Positions 52,434 to 62,975 are shown, counted from the first letter of the stretch. The stretch is DNA of 64,000 nucleotides from Gammaproteobacteria bacterium (GCA_045105615.1 JBGCDS010000006.1:3026-67025); one strand, 5' to 3'. The notes: a model not told the origin generated them from the sequence alone. Translations and numbers: made by a program.

Positions 52434-53567
52434 ATGCAAAAATATTTGGTTGGCGGGGCAGTTCGAGATCGCTTATTAAGTTTACCAGTACACGAGCAGG
52501 ACTGGGTAGTCGTCGGTTCTACTCCGCAAGAAATGCTCGACCTAGGTTACCGTCAAGTCGGCAAGGATTTTCCAGTGTTCTTGCACCCACAGTCATCGGA
52601 AGAATATGCACTTGCTCGCACAGAACGTAAATCTGGAAAAGGCCACAAAGGCTTTCAAGTATTCAGCTCGCCTAATATTTCTCTAGAAGAAGATCTACTA
52701 CGACGTGACTTAACCATCAATGCCATTGCTGAAGATGAACATGGCAATTTAATCGACCCTTATGACGGATTAGACGATATTAAAAATCGTGTTTTGCGCC
52801 ACATCTCACCTGCATTCTCCGAAGACCCTTTACGCGTACTCAGAGTCGCAAGGTTTGCAGCACGGTTTTGGCATTTAGGCTTTACTATTGATGCTAGTAC
52901 TTTAGCGCTAATGTCCTCAATCAGTCATAGCGATGAGTTAGAACAACTTTCAAAAGAACGTATCTGGCGAGAAACTCAGCGCGCATTAGTCACAAACCAC
53001 CCTGAAATTTATATACTGATTCTATTACATGTAGGCGCGTTAGAAAAAATTGCGCCCTCTCTCAATGATGCCTTGCAAACTAAGCAGCCATTATTGAGAT
53101 TATCTAAACTACGCGACATTAGTGATTATGAATTTAAATACGCAGGCTTAGTGATGGTCGCTAGCGAAAGAGATGGTGCATTTGATCCAGAAATTGCTAG
53201 CGATATAAGCCAACATTTTGCGTGCCCAAACTCATTACAAGAACTGGCAATCGTTACCAATAATAATTTCATCGATTGTTGCAATGCGCTTTCTAATAAC
53301 AGTGATGATATTTATAATATGCTACAAAAGCTAGATGCTTTTCGCCGTCAATCACGCTGCCTATCTATTTTAGACTGCATGCAAGCCATGTTAACTTTAT
53401 TTGAACAACCACCTTCGCCTTCTTTAGATTTTCTTTCCAACATTGTGCCGCAAATAAATACTGTTAAGCTTGATGACAAGTATCAGAAAACATTGCGTGG
53501 CAAAGAAATAGGTGATGCATTGATTGCTGCGCGTAAGCAGCTTATAGAAAAAAAGATGAAGGGTTAA
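52434..53567 (+). CDS. cca: CCA-adding tRNA nucleotidyltransferase (short, polymerase-head type)
   Basis: [15 protein letters not shown], nucleotidyltransferase GG.VRD motif. 377 aa. Confidence 0.85.
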   Translation: MQKYLVGGAVRDRLLSLPVHEQDWVVVGSTPQEMLDLGYRQVGKDFPVFLHPQSSEEYALARTERKSGKGHKGFQVFSSPNISLEEDLLRRDLTINAIAEDEHGNLIDPYDGLDDIKNRVLRHISPAFSEDPLRVLRVARFAARFWHLGFTIDASTLALMSSISHSDELEQLSKERIWRETQRALVTNHPEIYILILLHVGALEKIAPSLNDALQTKQPLLRLSKLRDISDYEFKYAGLVMVASERDGAFDPEIASDISQHFACPNSLQELAIVTNNNFIDCCNALSNNSDDIYNMLQKLDAFRRQSRCLSILDCMQAMLTLFEQPPSPSLDFLSNIVPQINTVKLDDKYQKTLRGKEIGDALIAARKQLIEKKMKG

Positions 53568-53570
53568 TAG

Positions 53571-54362
53571 CTAAATAAACGCAAACAAAAGCACGCCCAA
53601 GAATAACCGATATATTACAAACGGCATCATTCCGATAACATTCACTAGCCTTACAAAAGCTTCTATGCATATGTATGCAACCACACCAGACAACGCAAAC
53701 ACAGTTAACGCGGGGAAGATATCCATTTGCACTTGAGACGACATCAGCTGCATTGATTTATATGAAATCGCGGCAAGAATCGTAGGGATAGATAATAAAA
53801 ATGAGAAGCGCGCTGCGGCCACCTTTGACAGACCCATCATTAAACCTGCTGTCATGGTAACGCCCGACCTTGAAGTACCAGGAATTAAAGCAAATATCTG
53901 TGCACAGCCAATAAATATAATTCCTTTCCAACAGAGCTTATATTCATCATGCAGTTCTTTTCCCATTTTATCCGCATAGGCTAATGCTAATGCAAACAGA
54001 ATTGTAGTTATTGCAATCACATGCGCACTACGAAGGTATTGCTCTATAAAGTCTGCTAGCAATAAACCTGCAACAACTATCGGTATTGTAGCAATTATAA
54101 TCGCTGAGATTAAACTCAGCGTCTCCTGATTTTCCTGTGCCTTGGGATTCAACACTGCGCGAACCATTGCTTGCAGCTCTTTTCTAAAATAAACCATGAC
54201 CGCAACTAAGCTTCCTGCATGAGCAGCCACATCCATGAATAAGCCCTGATCTTTCCAGCCCATCACAATTGAGATTAACACTAAATGCGCTGAACTCGAC
54301 ACGGGTAAAAATTCAGTTAGCCCCTGAATAATGCCCAACGCAATTATTTGTATTACATCCAT
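53571..54362 (-). CDS. uppP: undecaprenyl-diphosphate phosphatase
   Basis: 263 aa, 8 TM, BacA motifs (GTSRSG). Confidence 0.9.
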   Translation of the reverse strand: MDVIQIIALGIIQGLTEFLPVSSSAHLVLISIVMGWKDQGLFMDVAAHAGSLVAVMVYFRKELQAMVRAVLNPKAQENQETLSLISAIIIATIPIVVAGLLLADFIEQYLRSAHVIAITTILFALALAYADKMGKELHDEYKLCWKGIIFIGCAQIFALIPGTSRSGVTMTAGLMMGLSKVAAARFSFLLSIPTILAAISYKSMQLMSSQVQMDIFPALTVFALSGVVAYICIEAFVRLVNVIGMMPFVIYRLFLGVLLFAFI

Positions 54363-54374
54363 TATTTATTATTT

Positions 54375-55553
54375 CTATAAGCGATAAAGCATATCTCGAC
54401 CTGTGAACTGCTCAGAAGAGAATTCAATATTTTTAGTTAGCACCATCACTTGAAATCGTTCGCCCATTTCTGCAGGCATGATTAAGCGCTTGATTTCTGC
54501 CTGCTGCTCAAGTGTCATAGCATTCTGATTTTCAGTCATAACTTTTTCCAGCGCATGACTCGCCAGTAAGAAATGTGTTTGCGTACTATAAGAACTCACA
54601 TTTAAACCGCAATGCACGCTAGCCTCAGCTAATGCAGTGAAATCAACATTACATGATATATCTTGCAAACCAGGCCAGAGCAATGGCTGTTCGTTGGCCA
54701 CATGTCGATAGTGGCAAATCAATGTCCCCATTGAGCGTTGCTCATGATAGTACTCACTGCGAGCATAACCATAGTCGATATAAAAAAATATCCCCTGATT
54801 CACAAATGAAGCAATTTGCTTGATGAAGTCATCCAATAATAGATTAATATCGCAAATATAAGGGCCATCTGTTTTATTTAGCACTGAGATCGGCAACCGC
54901 TTACTCATCAGCTCGGCTAAGCTTTTATCTGCAGGAATATCAACAAACTGAAAATTGCCTTTGTCGTCAACGTTAACGCAGCGTTCTGAAATCTTATTGT
55001 CTTCGACTGAAAGCAGCTTAACAGGCAATGCATCAAGCACTTCATTGGCAATCACTATTCCGCATTCAATAGGTTTATCCAGATCTTCTATCCATTCAAT
55101 ATTACAGTCAGTCTGAACAGTTTCTAAATAGGCCTGTTGACGTCGGCTCAATTCAGCACTTTTTTCGACAATGTAATAACACTGAGGCAGACAATCATCT
55201 TGTTTCATCGCACGAATTAAATCAGCAGCAAATTTACCGCTGCCAGCGCCAATCTCAATCACAGAAAACGAGCCTAGTTCTTGCTCAATTGATTTAATAT
55301 GTGCTGCGAAAGCTAATGCAAAAAAATTGCTGCGTTCAGGACTGGTGGTGAAATCACCTTTTGCGCCAAAAATATCGCTACCGCTTTCGTAATACCCCAC
55401 CTGCTCAGTGTACAAGCATAGTTGCATATAACGCTGGAAACTAATCGGTTGTTGACTACGCTTAATTTCGTCAACAATAATCTGCTGACAACGTTGACTA
55501 CGTTGTTTTTCTTGTTCAGAAGGAGGTGGCATCTCAACATGCATTATGTACAA
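54375..55553 (-). CDS. class I SAM-dependent methyltransferase, MidA/NDUFAF7 (DUF185) family
   Basis: VIEIGAGSGKFAADL SAM motif. MidA-like length and motifs. Confidence 0.65.
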   Translation of the reverse strand: MYIMHVEMPPPSEQEKQRSQRCQQIIVDEIKRSQQPISFQRYMQLCLYTEQVGYYESGSDIFGAKGDFTTSPERSNFFALAFAAHIKSIEQELGSFSVIEIGAGSGKFAADLIRAMKQDDCLPQCYYIVEKSAELSRRQQAYLETVQTDCNIEWIEDLDKPIECGIVIANEVLDALPVKLLSVEDNKISERCVNVDDKGNFQFVDIPADKSLAELMSKRLPISVLNKTDGPYICDINLLLDDFIKQIASFVNQGIFFYIDYGYARSEYYHEQRSMGTLICHYRHVANEQPLLWPGLQDISCNVDFTALAEASVHCGLNVSSYSTQTHFLLASHALEKVMTENQNAMTLEQQAEIKRLIMPAEMGERFQVMVLTKNIEFSSEQFTGRDMLYRL

Positions 55554-55617
55554 CCCAATTAAATGCCAGTAACAAACTACTCATGACGATATGGTACATT
55601 AAACAAAATTTTAATCG

Positions 55618-56373
55618 TTGGGATTATTTATGGAACAGTCATCTAATCGTGTGGCTTTAGTCACCGGCTCCGCGAAACGCATAGGCGCAGAAGTGGTACG
55701 TAGACTACATGCTGAAGGCCTATGCGTGATACTACATTACAACGGCTCGCAAGGTGCAGCACAGGCTATTGCAGATGAGCTAAATGCAATACGCAAGGAT
55801 AGCGTAGCAATCATCCAGTTCAACCTTCTCGATATAGATCAATTAGAGTCTTTCGCTAAACAAATAACAGACCTATGGGGAAGGTTAGATATATTGGTAA
55901 ATAACGCTTCTACTTTTTACCCCACCCCTATGCAAGAGATCAGCGTAGACCAATGGAATGATTTGATTGGTGTAAACCTGCAAGCACCTCTATTCCTAAG
56001 CAAAGCTCTCGCTCCAACTCTGACTCAACACAAAGGTTGTATTGTTAATATTGTTGACATCCATTCTGAACGTCCATTAAAAGGCTATACCGTTTACTGT
56101 ATTGCTAAAGCAGGCTTGGGCATGTTGACTAAGTCTCTGGCACGGGAATTAGCCCCCGCAGTGAGAGTGAATGGCGTCTCGCCGGGTGCCATTATATGGC
56201 CTGAGATTGAGGACTATGAGCCGGTGCATAAAGAGATCATTGAGCGTACCGCCTTGAAGAGAGAAGGTGATCCTAAAGATATTGCTGACACTGTTTGGTT
56301 TCTAGCTAATTCGGCTAATTATATTACTGGCCAAATCGTTGCTGTTGATGGCGGACGGACTTTAAGCAATTAA
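55618..56373 (+). CDS. folM: pteridine reductase (FolM/PTR1-like SDR)
   Basis: VALVTGSAKRIG Rossmann motif, YxxxK (YTVYCIAK). About 245 aa. Adjacent to folK and folB. Confidence 0.7.
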   Translation: MGLFMEQSSNRVALVTGSAKRIGAEVVRRLHAEGLCVILHYNGSQGAAQAIADELNAIRKDSVAIIQFNLLDIDQLESFAKQITDLWGRLDILVNNASTFYPTPMQEISVDQWNDLIGVNLQAPLFLSKALAPTLTQHKGCIVNIVDIHSERPLKGYTVYCIAKAGLGMLTKSLARELAPAVRVNGVSPGAIIWPEIEDYEPVHKEIIERTALKREGDPKDIADTVWFLANSANYITGQIVAVDGGRTLSN

Positions 56374-56407
56374 CTTTATGCCAATCGGGATTCTCTCCCC
56401 AGTCAAA

Positions 56408-56665
56408 CTAGCTAGCGTTAATAACAAATTGCTTTGGCGTAAATCTAATCCGGCTAACCTCTTCATCAGTCACTGCTAATACCAGCTCATCCGGCAGCCC
56501 TGCAAATTTTTCTATACCCATTTCAGTTAAAGAGGCACCCTTGGCAGTGAGCTGAATGCTGATTTTATGACATTTTTCTAAAGCGTGCTTAACTAAATAT
56601 TTTAGATGCATCAATTGCCGGGCATAAACGAAAATCAACACAGCGATAATGGCAATGGCCAACAA
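56408..56665 (-). CDS. small membrane-anchored hypothetical protein (85 aa)
   Basis: Single N-terminal TM helix, soluble C-terminal domain. No confident family. Confidence 0.4.
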   Translation of the reverse strand: MLAIAIIAVLIFVYARQLMHLKYLVKHALEKCHKISIQLTAKGASLTEMGIEKFAGLPDELVLAVTDEEVSRIRFTPKQFVINAS

Positions 56666-56854
56666 TAAAAATATAATTGATATTTATATCTAACATTTTG
56701 TTAACCACTCACTAAATACTCGCCCAACTAAATTATAGTCTGCACTCTACTTACGCTACTAAAAATGTTATGTACAGAATACTAATAAGTCACCACCATG
56801 AAACTCGAATATGATGTACTATCTTACTTACTAAATATAGACAATTATTGAACT

Positions 56855-57286
56855 ATGATACCCTGCCGTTTAATATACCGAAGCATTGCTAGCGATGAAA
56901 TTCTCATCCCTGAAAAGCTGTCTAAACTCGCTAATGAAGCTTCGATCTACAATAGAAGGGTAGGCTTACACGGTATCCTTGCTTTATCAGACAACAAGTT
57001 CTTACAGTTATTAGAAGGACCCTCGAGATTTGTTAATGAATTATTTTGCAACATAATTCAAGACCCTAGACATCATCAAATAGAATTGATTAGTTTTGAA
57101 AATAGCGTGCGGCCAGAATTTAACGACTGGTCTATGCAGTTACTAGAACTAGATAAAATAGATGCCAGCATGCAATCTTTCCTTCGCAAGAAATATCCCA
57201 TGAAGGGCGATCAATTTGAATTTCCCAATGAGTCATTTTTAATGACTTCTTTTTTGATGGACTTAAAGTATATTTTATCGGACTGA
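56855..57286 (+). CDS. short BLUF-domain blue-light photoreceptor
   Basis: Conserved Tyr (LIYRS), N...GI.G.L......FLQLLEG (photoactive Gln), D.RHH, and WSMQ (semi-conserved Trp/Met). 143 aa with a short C-terminal extension. Confidence 0.85.
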   Translation: MIPCRLIYRSIASDEILIPEKLSKLANEASIYNRRVGLHGILALSDNKFLQLLEGPSRFVNELFCNIIQDPRHHQIELISFENSVRPEFNDWSMQLLELDKIDASMQSFLRKKYPMKGDQFEFPNESFLMTSFLMDLKYILSD

Positions 57287-57344
57287 GTGTTTTATTGTTA
57301 ACGCGGTCATATCTACCTAGGCACTGTCACTTCAAACGTTGGCA

Positions 57345-57827
57345 TTACTCGACTAGTTTTAAATCTATATTACGTTTATCAAAATCTTCCCATAGCCGAG
57401 TAAATGATGTCTTTAATATTGGATGACGCATATCACCCGCAATATCTACCAACGGCTTTAAAACAAATGCGTATTTTGTAATATCAGAGCTAGGCACGTG
57501 AACGCCATCTTTATTAATTTTTGACTTGCCATATAACAATTGATCCAAATCGATTGTTCGCGAAATATATTGATTTTTACTATCTCTCACACGTCCATGC
57601 TGCGCTTCTAACTCACGTAGATATTGACGCATTGCGGGTGGGGAAATATCCGTATCTAAACCAACTACTAGATTATGAAAGTCATCACCCTCGAATCCTT
57701 CAGAAGCAGTTTCATAAATGGGTGATATTTGCAGTTCACCAAATTTTTCTGCCAATTCCTCAAGTACTTGAGGAATATGTATATGCTTATCAATATTACT
57801 ACCGATGCCGATAAATACTTTTTCCAC
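57345..57827 (-). CDS. folK: 2-amino-4-hydroxy-6-hydroxymethyldihydropteridine pyrophosphokinase
   Basis: 160 aa HPPK. IGIGSN... Confidence 0.9.
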   Translation of the reverse strand: MEKVFIGIGSNIDKHIHIPQVLEELAEKFGELQISPIYETASEGFEGDDFHNLVVGLDTDISPPAMRQYLRELEAQHGRVRDSKNQYISRTIDLDQLLYGKSKINKDGVHVPSSDITKYAFVLKPLVDIAGDMRHPILKTSFTRLWEDFDKRNIDLKLVE

Positions 57828-57830
57828 TAG

Positions 57831-58187
57831 CTACACTCTTTCTCCGCGTTCTATTGTTACCCCCACAGCGGCAGATCCTCTTACTGCACCTGGTTTTGCA
57901 ATCGAAATGCGTAGCCAAGGAATATTAAATTCTTGCATTACAGTAGTGGCAATGAGCTCAATCAAGGTCTCAACCAATTTTGGTTGATTTTCATCCACCA
58001 ATCCACGGATTCTCTGAGAAATTGCTTTATAATCAAGGGTATATTCTAGATCATCGGTGTCTGCAGCCTTAGATATATCGGTTGCCATCTCTAAATTGAT
58101 GGTGATTTTCTGATGTACCTGACGTTCCCACCCAAATACACCAATAACGGCATCCATGCTTAAATCACGTATAAATACTGTGTCCAT
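57831..58187 (-). CDS. folB: dihydroneopterin aldolase
   Basis: 118 aa. FIRDL..DAVIGV..WER. Confidence 0.9.
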   Translation of the reverse strand: MDTVFIRDLSMDAVIGVFGWERQVHQKITINLEMATDISKAADTDDLEYTLDYKAISQRIRGLVDENQPKLVETLIELIATTVMQEFNIPWLRISIAKPGAVRGSAAVGVTIERGERV

Positions 58188-58321
58188 AGTCGAGCTGAGT
58201 TTCCTTTTTAATTATCTAGTCGGCTAATCGGCATTCGATCGCCTCTATATATTGTCTACCATATACCTTTCTGTTAAGGTACGCCGCCCATACGTATTAT
58301 ACAAACACAAGAAATTTTACA

Positions 58322-58558
58322 ATGTCTAGAGTATGTCAAGTTACCGGTAAGCGCCCCGTTGCAGGAAACAACGTGTCGCACGCGCATAATAAAACGCGCC
58401 GAAGATTTCTTCCAAACCTACACACCCATAGATTTTGGGTAGAAAGCGAAGGCCGTTGGGTCAAATTACGTCTATCTACCAAGGGTATGCGAATTATTGA
58501 TAAAAAAGGGATCGATGTTGTTCTAGCGGACATCCGTTCTCGCGGTGAAACTGCTTAA
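58322..58558 (+). CDS. rpmB: 50S ribosomal protein L28
   Basis: [13 protein letters not shown]... 78 aa. Confidence 0.97.
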   Translation: MSRVCQVTGKRPVAGNNVSHAHNKTRRRFLPNLHTHRFWVESEGRWVKLRLSTKGMRIIDKKGIDVVLADIRSRGETA

Positions 58559-58590
58559 ACAGCACACTGCTAAACGACTGAGACAAAATC

Positions 58591-58746
58591 ATGCGAGATA
58601 AAATTAAGTTAGTTTCTACAGCAGATACTGGTCACTACTACACGACCACTAAGAACAAGCGCACCATGCCAGACAAGATGGAGATCAAAAAGTACGATCC
58701 CGTTGTTCGTAAACACGTGCTCTACAAAGAAGCTAAGATCAAATAA
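58591..58746 (+). CDS. rpmG: 50S ribosomal protein L33 (51 aa, below ORF-track cutoff)
   Basis: Translation [51 protein letters not shown]. Follows rpmB as in the rpmBG operon. Confidence 0.92.
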   Translation: MRDKIKLVSTADTGHYYTTTKNKRTMPDKMEIKKYDPVVRKHVLYKEAKIK

Positions 58747-58761
58747 ATAAGCTCATCATTG

Positions 58762-58784
58762 TGCCTGGCCTCTCTGGCTAGGCA
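58762..58784. terminator. putative bidirectional terminator between rpmG and the desaturase gene
   Basis: tgcctggcc-tctct-ggctaggca hairpin (9 bp including one G-U), with T-rich flanks on both strands. Confidence 0.5.
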
Positions 58785-59968
58785 TGATTGTATATCGGTT
58801 GCAGCGAATAACTACGCAAAGACCGAGCAAACTCCACTAATACCCTTATTCCTGTCGCTTCTGCCTGCTGACACCATTCAGTCACTGCTTTAAGCATTCC
58901 TTCGTTATTCTTGTATCGACGCGTCCACACCTCTGTCAGGCGTTGTTGATAGTCATAGACCGTCTTAAGTTGCAAATTATCATGTAGGATCTGATTGAGA
59001 TGCTCCATCTGTGGTGCAGTAATAAGACTACGCTCTCGAATGATAGCTTTTTGTACACGCTTCAAAGTAGTTCTAGAATTTCCATTAGCCTGCCCTATTT
59101 CAGCTTTTAGCACTGGTAAAGTCACCTGCTTGGCATAGTCTGCCATGACATGAAGCTTACTGGTCAACATCGCGCGAACTGAATCAAGGTCGAGTAGCTC
59201 TTTCTCTTCATTTTGTTGTTTTGGCCTAGGAGCCACTTTTTTCACTTTCGCTAACCCCAACGCACTAAGTAACCGAATATACATCCAGCCAATATCAAAT
59301 TCCCACCAATGCACTGAAAAGCGCGCTGAGCTTGGATAGGCATGGTGATTATTATGCAGCTCTTCGCCACCAATAATAATGCCGATGTTGGTCAAGTTTG
59401 TAGAGCCATCCTGTGGTTCAAAATTACGGTAGCCCCAATAGTGACCTGCACCGTTGACAAGCCCAGCAGCAAAGATAGGAATCCAGGCCAATTGAATTGC
59501 CCAATATGTGAGTCCAATTGGTCCAAATAAAGCCAGGTAAACAAACAGACAGATTCCCATACCCGTGAAGCTATAAGACTTATAAATCTTGTGCTCGATC
59601 CAATCATCAGGCGTGCCGTGTCCGTATTCTTCACTTACCTGTGGGTCAAATGCTGAGATTCGATAAAGCTCCGCACCTTCGAGCAATACTTTTTTTATGC
59701 CATGCACATAGGGACTGTGGGGATCATTTTCACTCTCAGTATGCGCATGGTGTTTGCGATGAACTGCGACCCATTCTTTTGTGTTTTGCCCAGTAGTAAA
59801 CCATAACCAAAATCGGAAAATGTGACTAACAAACGGATGCAGAGTAATCGCATGGTGTGCCTGGCAGCGATGCAGGTATAAAGTCACCGAGACAATTGTA
59901 AGGTGGGTAGCGAGTAATACGCAGATTAAATCACCCCACCAAGGTAATTGTAAAAGTCCATCTAGCAT
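58778..59968 (-). CDS. membrane-bound acyl-CoA (delta-9-type) fatty acid desaturase
   Basis: His boxes HRCQAHH, HRKHHAH, HNNHHAYP. 396 aa with a C-terminal extension. Confidence 0.85.
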   Translation of the reverse strand: MLDGLLQLPWWGDLICVLLATHLTIVSVTLYLHRCQAHHAITLHPFVSHIFRFWLWFTTGQNTKEWVAVHRKHHAHTESENDPHSPYVHGIKKVLLEGAELYRISAFDPQVSEEYGHGTPDDWIEHKIYKSYSFTGMGICLFVYLALFGPIGLTYWAIQLAWIPIFAAGLVNGAGHYWGYRNFEPQDGSTNLTNIGIIIGGEELHNNHHAYPSSARFSVHWWEFDIGWMYIRLLSALGLAKVKKVAPRPKQQNEEKELLDLDSVRAMLTSKLHVMADYAKQVTLPVLKAEIGQANGNSRTTLKRVQKAIIRERSLITAPQMEHLNQILHDNLQLKTVYDYQQRLTEVWTRRYKNNEGMLKAVTEWCQQAEATGIRVLVEFARSLRSYSLQPIYNHA

Positions 59969-60053
59969 CTAATTCATTCCTTCAAAATCGATAACAACCT
60001 GTATCGACAAATCATACGTGGGCTTAGGGACAACCGGCAAGTTCTATCAGAAA

Positions 60054-62018
60054 TTAAGGACAATCCGCATACAATTGCAGATGAATATGCCCATACTCAG
60101 TCACCTTCGCATGCCAAGCTTTTTCTACATACAAAGTGCCAGAATCATCTAACACAATACAAGGACCTGTCAGTACTTGATCACCAACCAGTTGTCGACG
60201 CGAATATACGGGCACCGGCGTATCTATGCCGGCAACAACTGTGAACTCTATTGGCTCAGCTGCCGTACCCTGCTTGATGAGAGTGGGTGTTAATTCAGGA
60301 GTGTCTTGGTAAGCCCAAACCCTTAGGGTAACTAGCTCGATATTCTCTTGCTCTAAACTGAATCCATAACGTTGTTCATGGGCCGTTTGAAACTCTGTCT
60401 TTATATCCTCACCTGGCCACTGCAAACTGATCACACTAGACTGACCACGATAGCGCAGATCCAACCATCGGCTAATACGAGTACACTTAATACTCGCCTC
60501 GGTAAGTTGCTGCTTCGCCTCGCAATTTAGCTGTTCAAATATCGCTTCCAGTTGATCATTATTTAACTGTGACCAGAGCTGGCATAGTGATTTAGACATC
60601 ATCTGTCCCACTGGCGCCATTAACATTCCCTGTGCAGATAACAATCCGGCATTGACGGGCACCAATATAGTATTCATTCCCAACTCTTCTGCCACAGCAC
60701 ACATATGAAGACCGCCGGCACCACCAAAGGGGAAAAGACTGAAATCGCAGGGATTATATCCACGTTGAATTGATATCACCCTGAGCGCCTGCACCATATG
60801 TGCATTCGCTAACTGTACGATGCCCAATGCAGCCTGTTCTATGCCACAATTCATTTCTTCGGCAATCAGTTTGAGTGCTTGTTGCGCAGCAGCCTTATCT
60901 AACTTCAAACCACTGGCCCAGGCATCAGTCACAGGCAAATGCCCCAATACAACATTCGCATCGGTAATCGTCGCTTGACTACCCCCATGCCCATAACAGG
61001 CTGGACCCGGCTGCGCACCAGCTGACTCCGGCCCAACATGTAACCCTCCAGCCTCATCAATGCGTGCAATTGAACCACCGCCTGCGCCGATGGTATGAAT
61101 ATCTAGCATCGGTATAGCCAAGGGAAATTCAGCCACCTTTCCATCATTGGTATAACGCGGCTGTTGGTCGATTAACGACACATCGGTCGAAGTGCCGCCC
61201 ATATCCAGAGTTAATAATTTTCCATGACCACTGCTTTTAGCAATATCAGTTGCTGCCACCACGCCACCCGCAGGCCCTGATAACAATAAACGGACTGCCT
61301 GCTTTCCGGCACTGGCAGCCGGTAGCGTGGTGGCATCGCTCTGCATGACGTGGATCGTCGATGTCAGCGTAGACTGCAAATCCTGTAGATAACGTTGAGT
61401 AACGGGCCCTAAAAAACTATTCAGCCAGGTCACTACGGCGCGTTCATACTCTCTTTGCTCGGGCAGTATCTCGCTAGAACGCGACATAAATAGGTCTTCT
61501 TGCAACGCACGCTCAATGGCCAGCTCGTGAGAGTTATTTAAAAATGAAAACAACATACAGATAGCAACAGCTTCTACGCCTTCTTCATTGAGCTTATTTT
61601 TCAGCTCATGTAATTGCTGATCATTAATCGGCGTAAGCTGACGACCATCGGCCTGCAAGCGACCCTCAAGTTCAAAGCACAGTTCACGCGCGACTAGCTG
61701 ACGATCACGCTGCGGGCATAGGCTATATAATTGAGAACGTGCTTGGCGGCCAATATGAAGTAAATCTTTCAGGCCTTGATTAGTCACAAAAGCAGTTTTT
61801 GCGCCTTTGCCTTCTAGCAGCGCGTTAGTAGCAACCGTAGTACCATGGACAAGGTGCGCTTGTTCAAGCTCTATGTTTAGATGTTTTAAGCCAGCAACAA
61901 TAGCCTGCTCAGGAGCATCTGGGGTAGAGGGAATTTTATAACTAACAAATGATCCATTTTTATATAAAATAAAATCTGTAAATGTCCCACCTGTATCAAT
62001 ACCCACTAACTCGGACAT
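60054..62018 (-). CDS. hydantoinase/oxoprolinase HyuA-family protein (A subunit only)
   Basis: N-terminal VGIDTGGTFTDF ASKHA fold. 654 aa. No hyuB-like partner in the window. Confidence 0.75.
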   Translation of the reverse strand: MSELVGIDTGGTFTDFILYKNGSFVSYKIPSTPDAPEQAIVAGLKHLNIELEQAHLVHGTTVATNALLEGKGAKTAFVTNQGLKDLLHIGRQARSQLYSLCPQRDRQLVARELCFELEGRLQADGRQLTPINDQQLHELKNKLNEEGVEAVAICMLFSFLNNSHELAIERALQEDLFMSRSSEILPEQREYERAVVTWLNSFLGPVTQRYLQDLQSTLTSTIHVMQSDATTLPAASAGKQAVRLLLSGPAGGVVAATDIAKSSGHGKLLTLDMGGTSTDVSLIDQQPRYTNDGKVAEFPLAIPMLDIHTIGAGGGSIARIDEAGGLHVGPESAGAQPGPACYGHGGSQATITDANVVLGHLPVTDAWASGLKLDKAAAQQALKLIAEEMNCGIEQAALGIVQLANAHMVQALRVISIQRGYNPCDFSLFPFGGAGGLHMCAVAEELGMNTILVPVNAGLLSAQGMLMAPVGQMMSKSLCQLWSQLNNDQLEAIFEQLNCEAKQQLTEASIKCTRISRWLDLRYRGQSSVISLQWPGEDIKTEFQTAHEQRYGFSLEQENIELVTLRVWAYQDTPELTPTLIKQGTAAEPIEFTVVAGIDTPVPVYSRRQLVGDQVLTGPCIVLDDSGTLYVEKAWHAKVTEYGHIHLQLYADCP

Positions 62019-62052
62019 ATTGTCCCCACTATATTAAATTAAGCTGATCTGC

Positions 62053-62973
62053 ATGGAACCAATTATTCAGGCCACCAATATTAGCCATCACTATCGCAAG
62101 CAGTCTTCTGTGAAGGCACTTAGCTTAACGTTAGCGCATGGTGAAGTCATGGCTTTACTGGGAACGAATGGTGCTGGAAAAACCACCACCCTACGTCTAC
62201 TGACGGGTGACCTTGCGCCAGATGCAGGACAAATTAAGATTAATAATGTTGATTTAAATTTACATCCAATAGAGGCAAAAAAGAGTCTGGGTTACTTACC
62301 TGATACCGCGCCTTTATATGATGACTTAACTATCGATGAATATTTAAACTATTGCGCGCGTATTCGTAGCATGAATCGAGAGCAGACGCGTGAGCGTGTA
62401 CAGACGGTAAAAACTTTTTGTGAGCTACAGTCCGTTAGCCACCGTTTGATTAAAAAATTATCCAAGGGGTATCAGCAAAGAATTGGCATTGCCCAGGCAA
62501 TTATCCATGAGCCCAAAGCTATCATCCTGGATGAACCCACCAATGGATTAGATCCAACACAGATACACGAAATGCGTGATCTGATACTGCACCTACGAAA
62601 CGATGCGGCAGTATTATTATCAACCCACCACCTCAACGATGTAGAACAGGTCTGTGATCGCGTTCATATGCTAAAGCAGGGACGCACGATATTTTGCAAA
62701 AATATTGATGACCTTCAGCAGGCAAGCCGAGTACGCATGCGTTTCAATAAAACGCCACCGATAGAAGATCTAAAAAACATTCAAACAGTAGAAAGAGTAC
62801 ATACTATTAGTGACAATACAATTGAGTTGATCATCAACGAAAATCTAGACACCGTAAAAAGCAGTCTGTTGGAAATGTCGCAATCCTATGCCTGGGGTTT
62901 GGTAGAAATATATGACATACGTGAAACCTTAGAAAATATATTCGTCTCTGAAGTGTTAAGAGGAATTCACTAG
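62053..62973 (+). CDS. ABC transporter ATP-binding protein (ABC-2 / GldA-like)
   Basis: Walker A GTNGAGKTT, signature LSKGYQQR, Walker B ILDEP. Confidence 0.85.
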   Translation: MEPIIQATNISHHYRKQSSVKALSLTLAHGEVMALLGTNGAGKTTTLRLLTGDLAPDAGQIKINNVDLNLHPIEAKKSLGYLPDTAPLYDDLTIDEYLNYCARIRSMNREQTRERVQTVKTFCELQSVSHRLIKKLSKGYQQRIGIAQAIIHEPKAIILDEPTNGLDPTQIHEMRDLILHLRNDAAVLLSTHHLNDVEQVCDRVHMLKQGRTIFCKNIDDLQQASRVRMRFNKTPPIEDLKNIQTVERVHTISDNTIELIINENLDTVKSSLLEMSQSYAWGLVEIYDIRETLENIFVSEVLRGIH

Positions 62974-62975
62974 CT

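Noticed and set aside
52421-52630. 69-aa ORF overlapping the cca start in another frame
   Set aside because: Out-of-frame overlap with a well-supported cca CDS whose N-terminus ([15 protein letters not shown]) is canonical.
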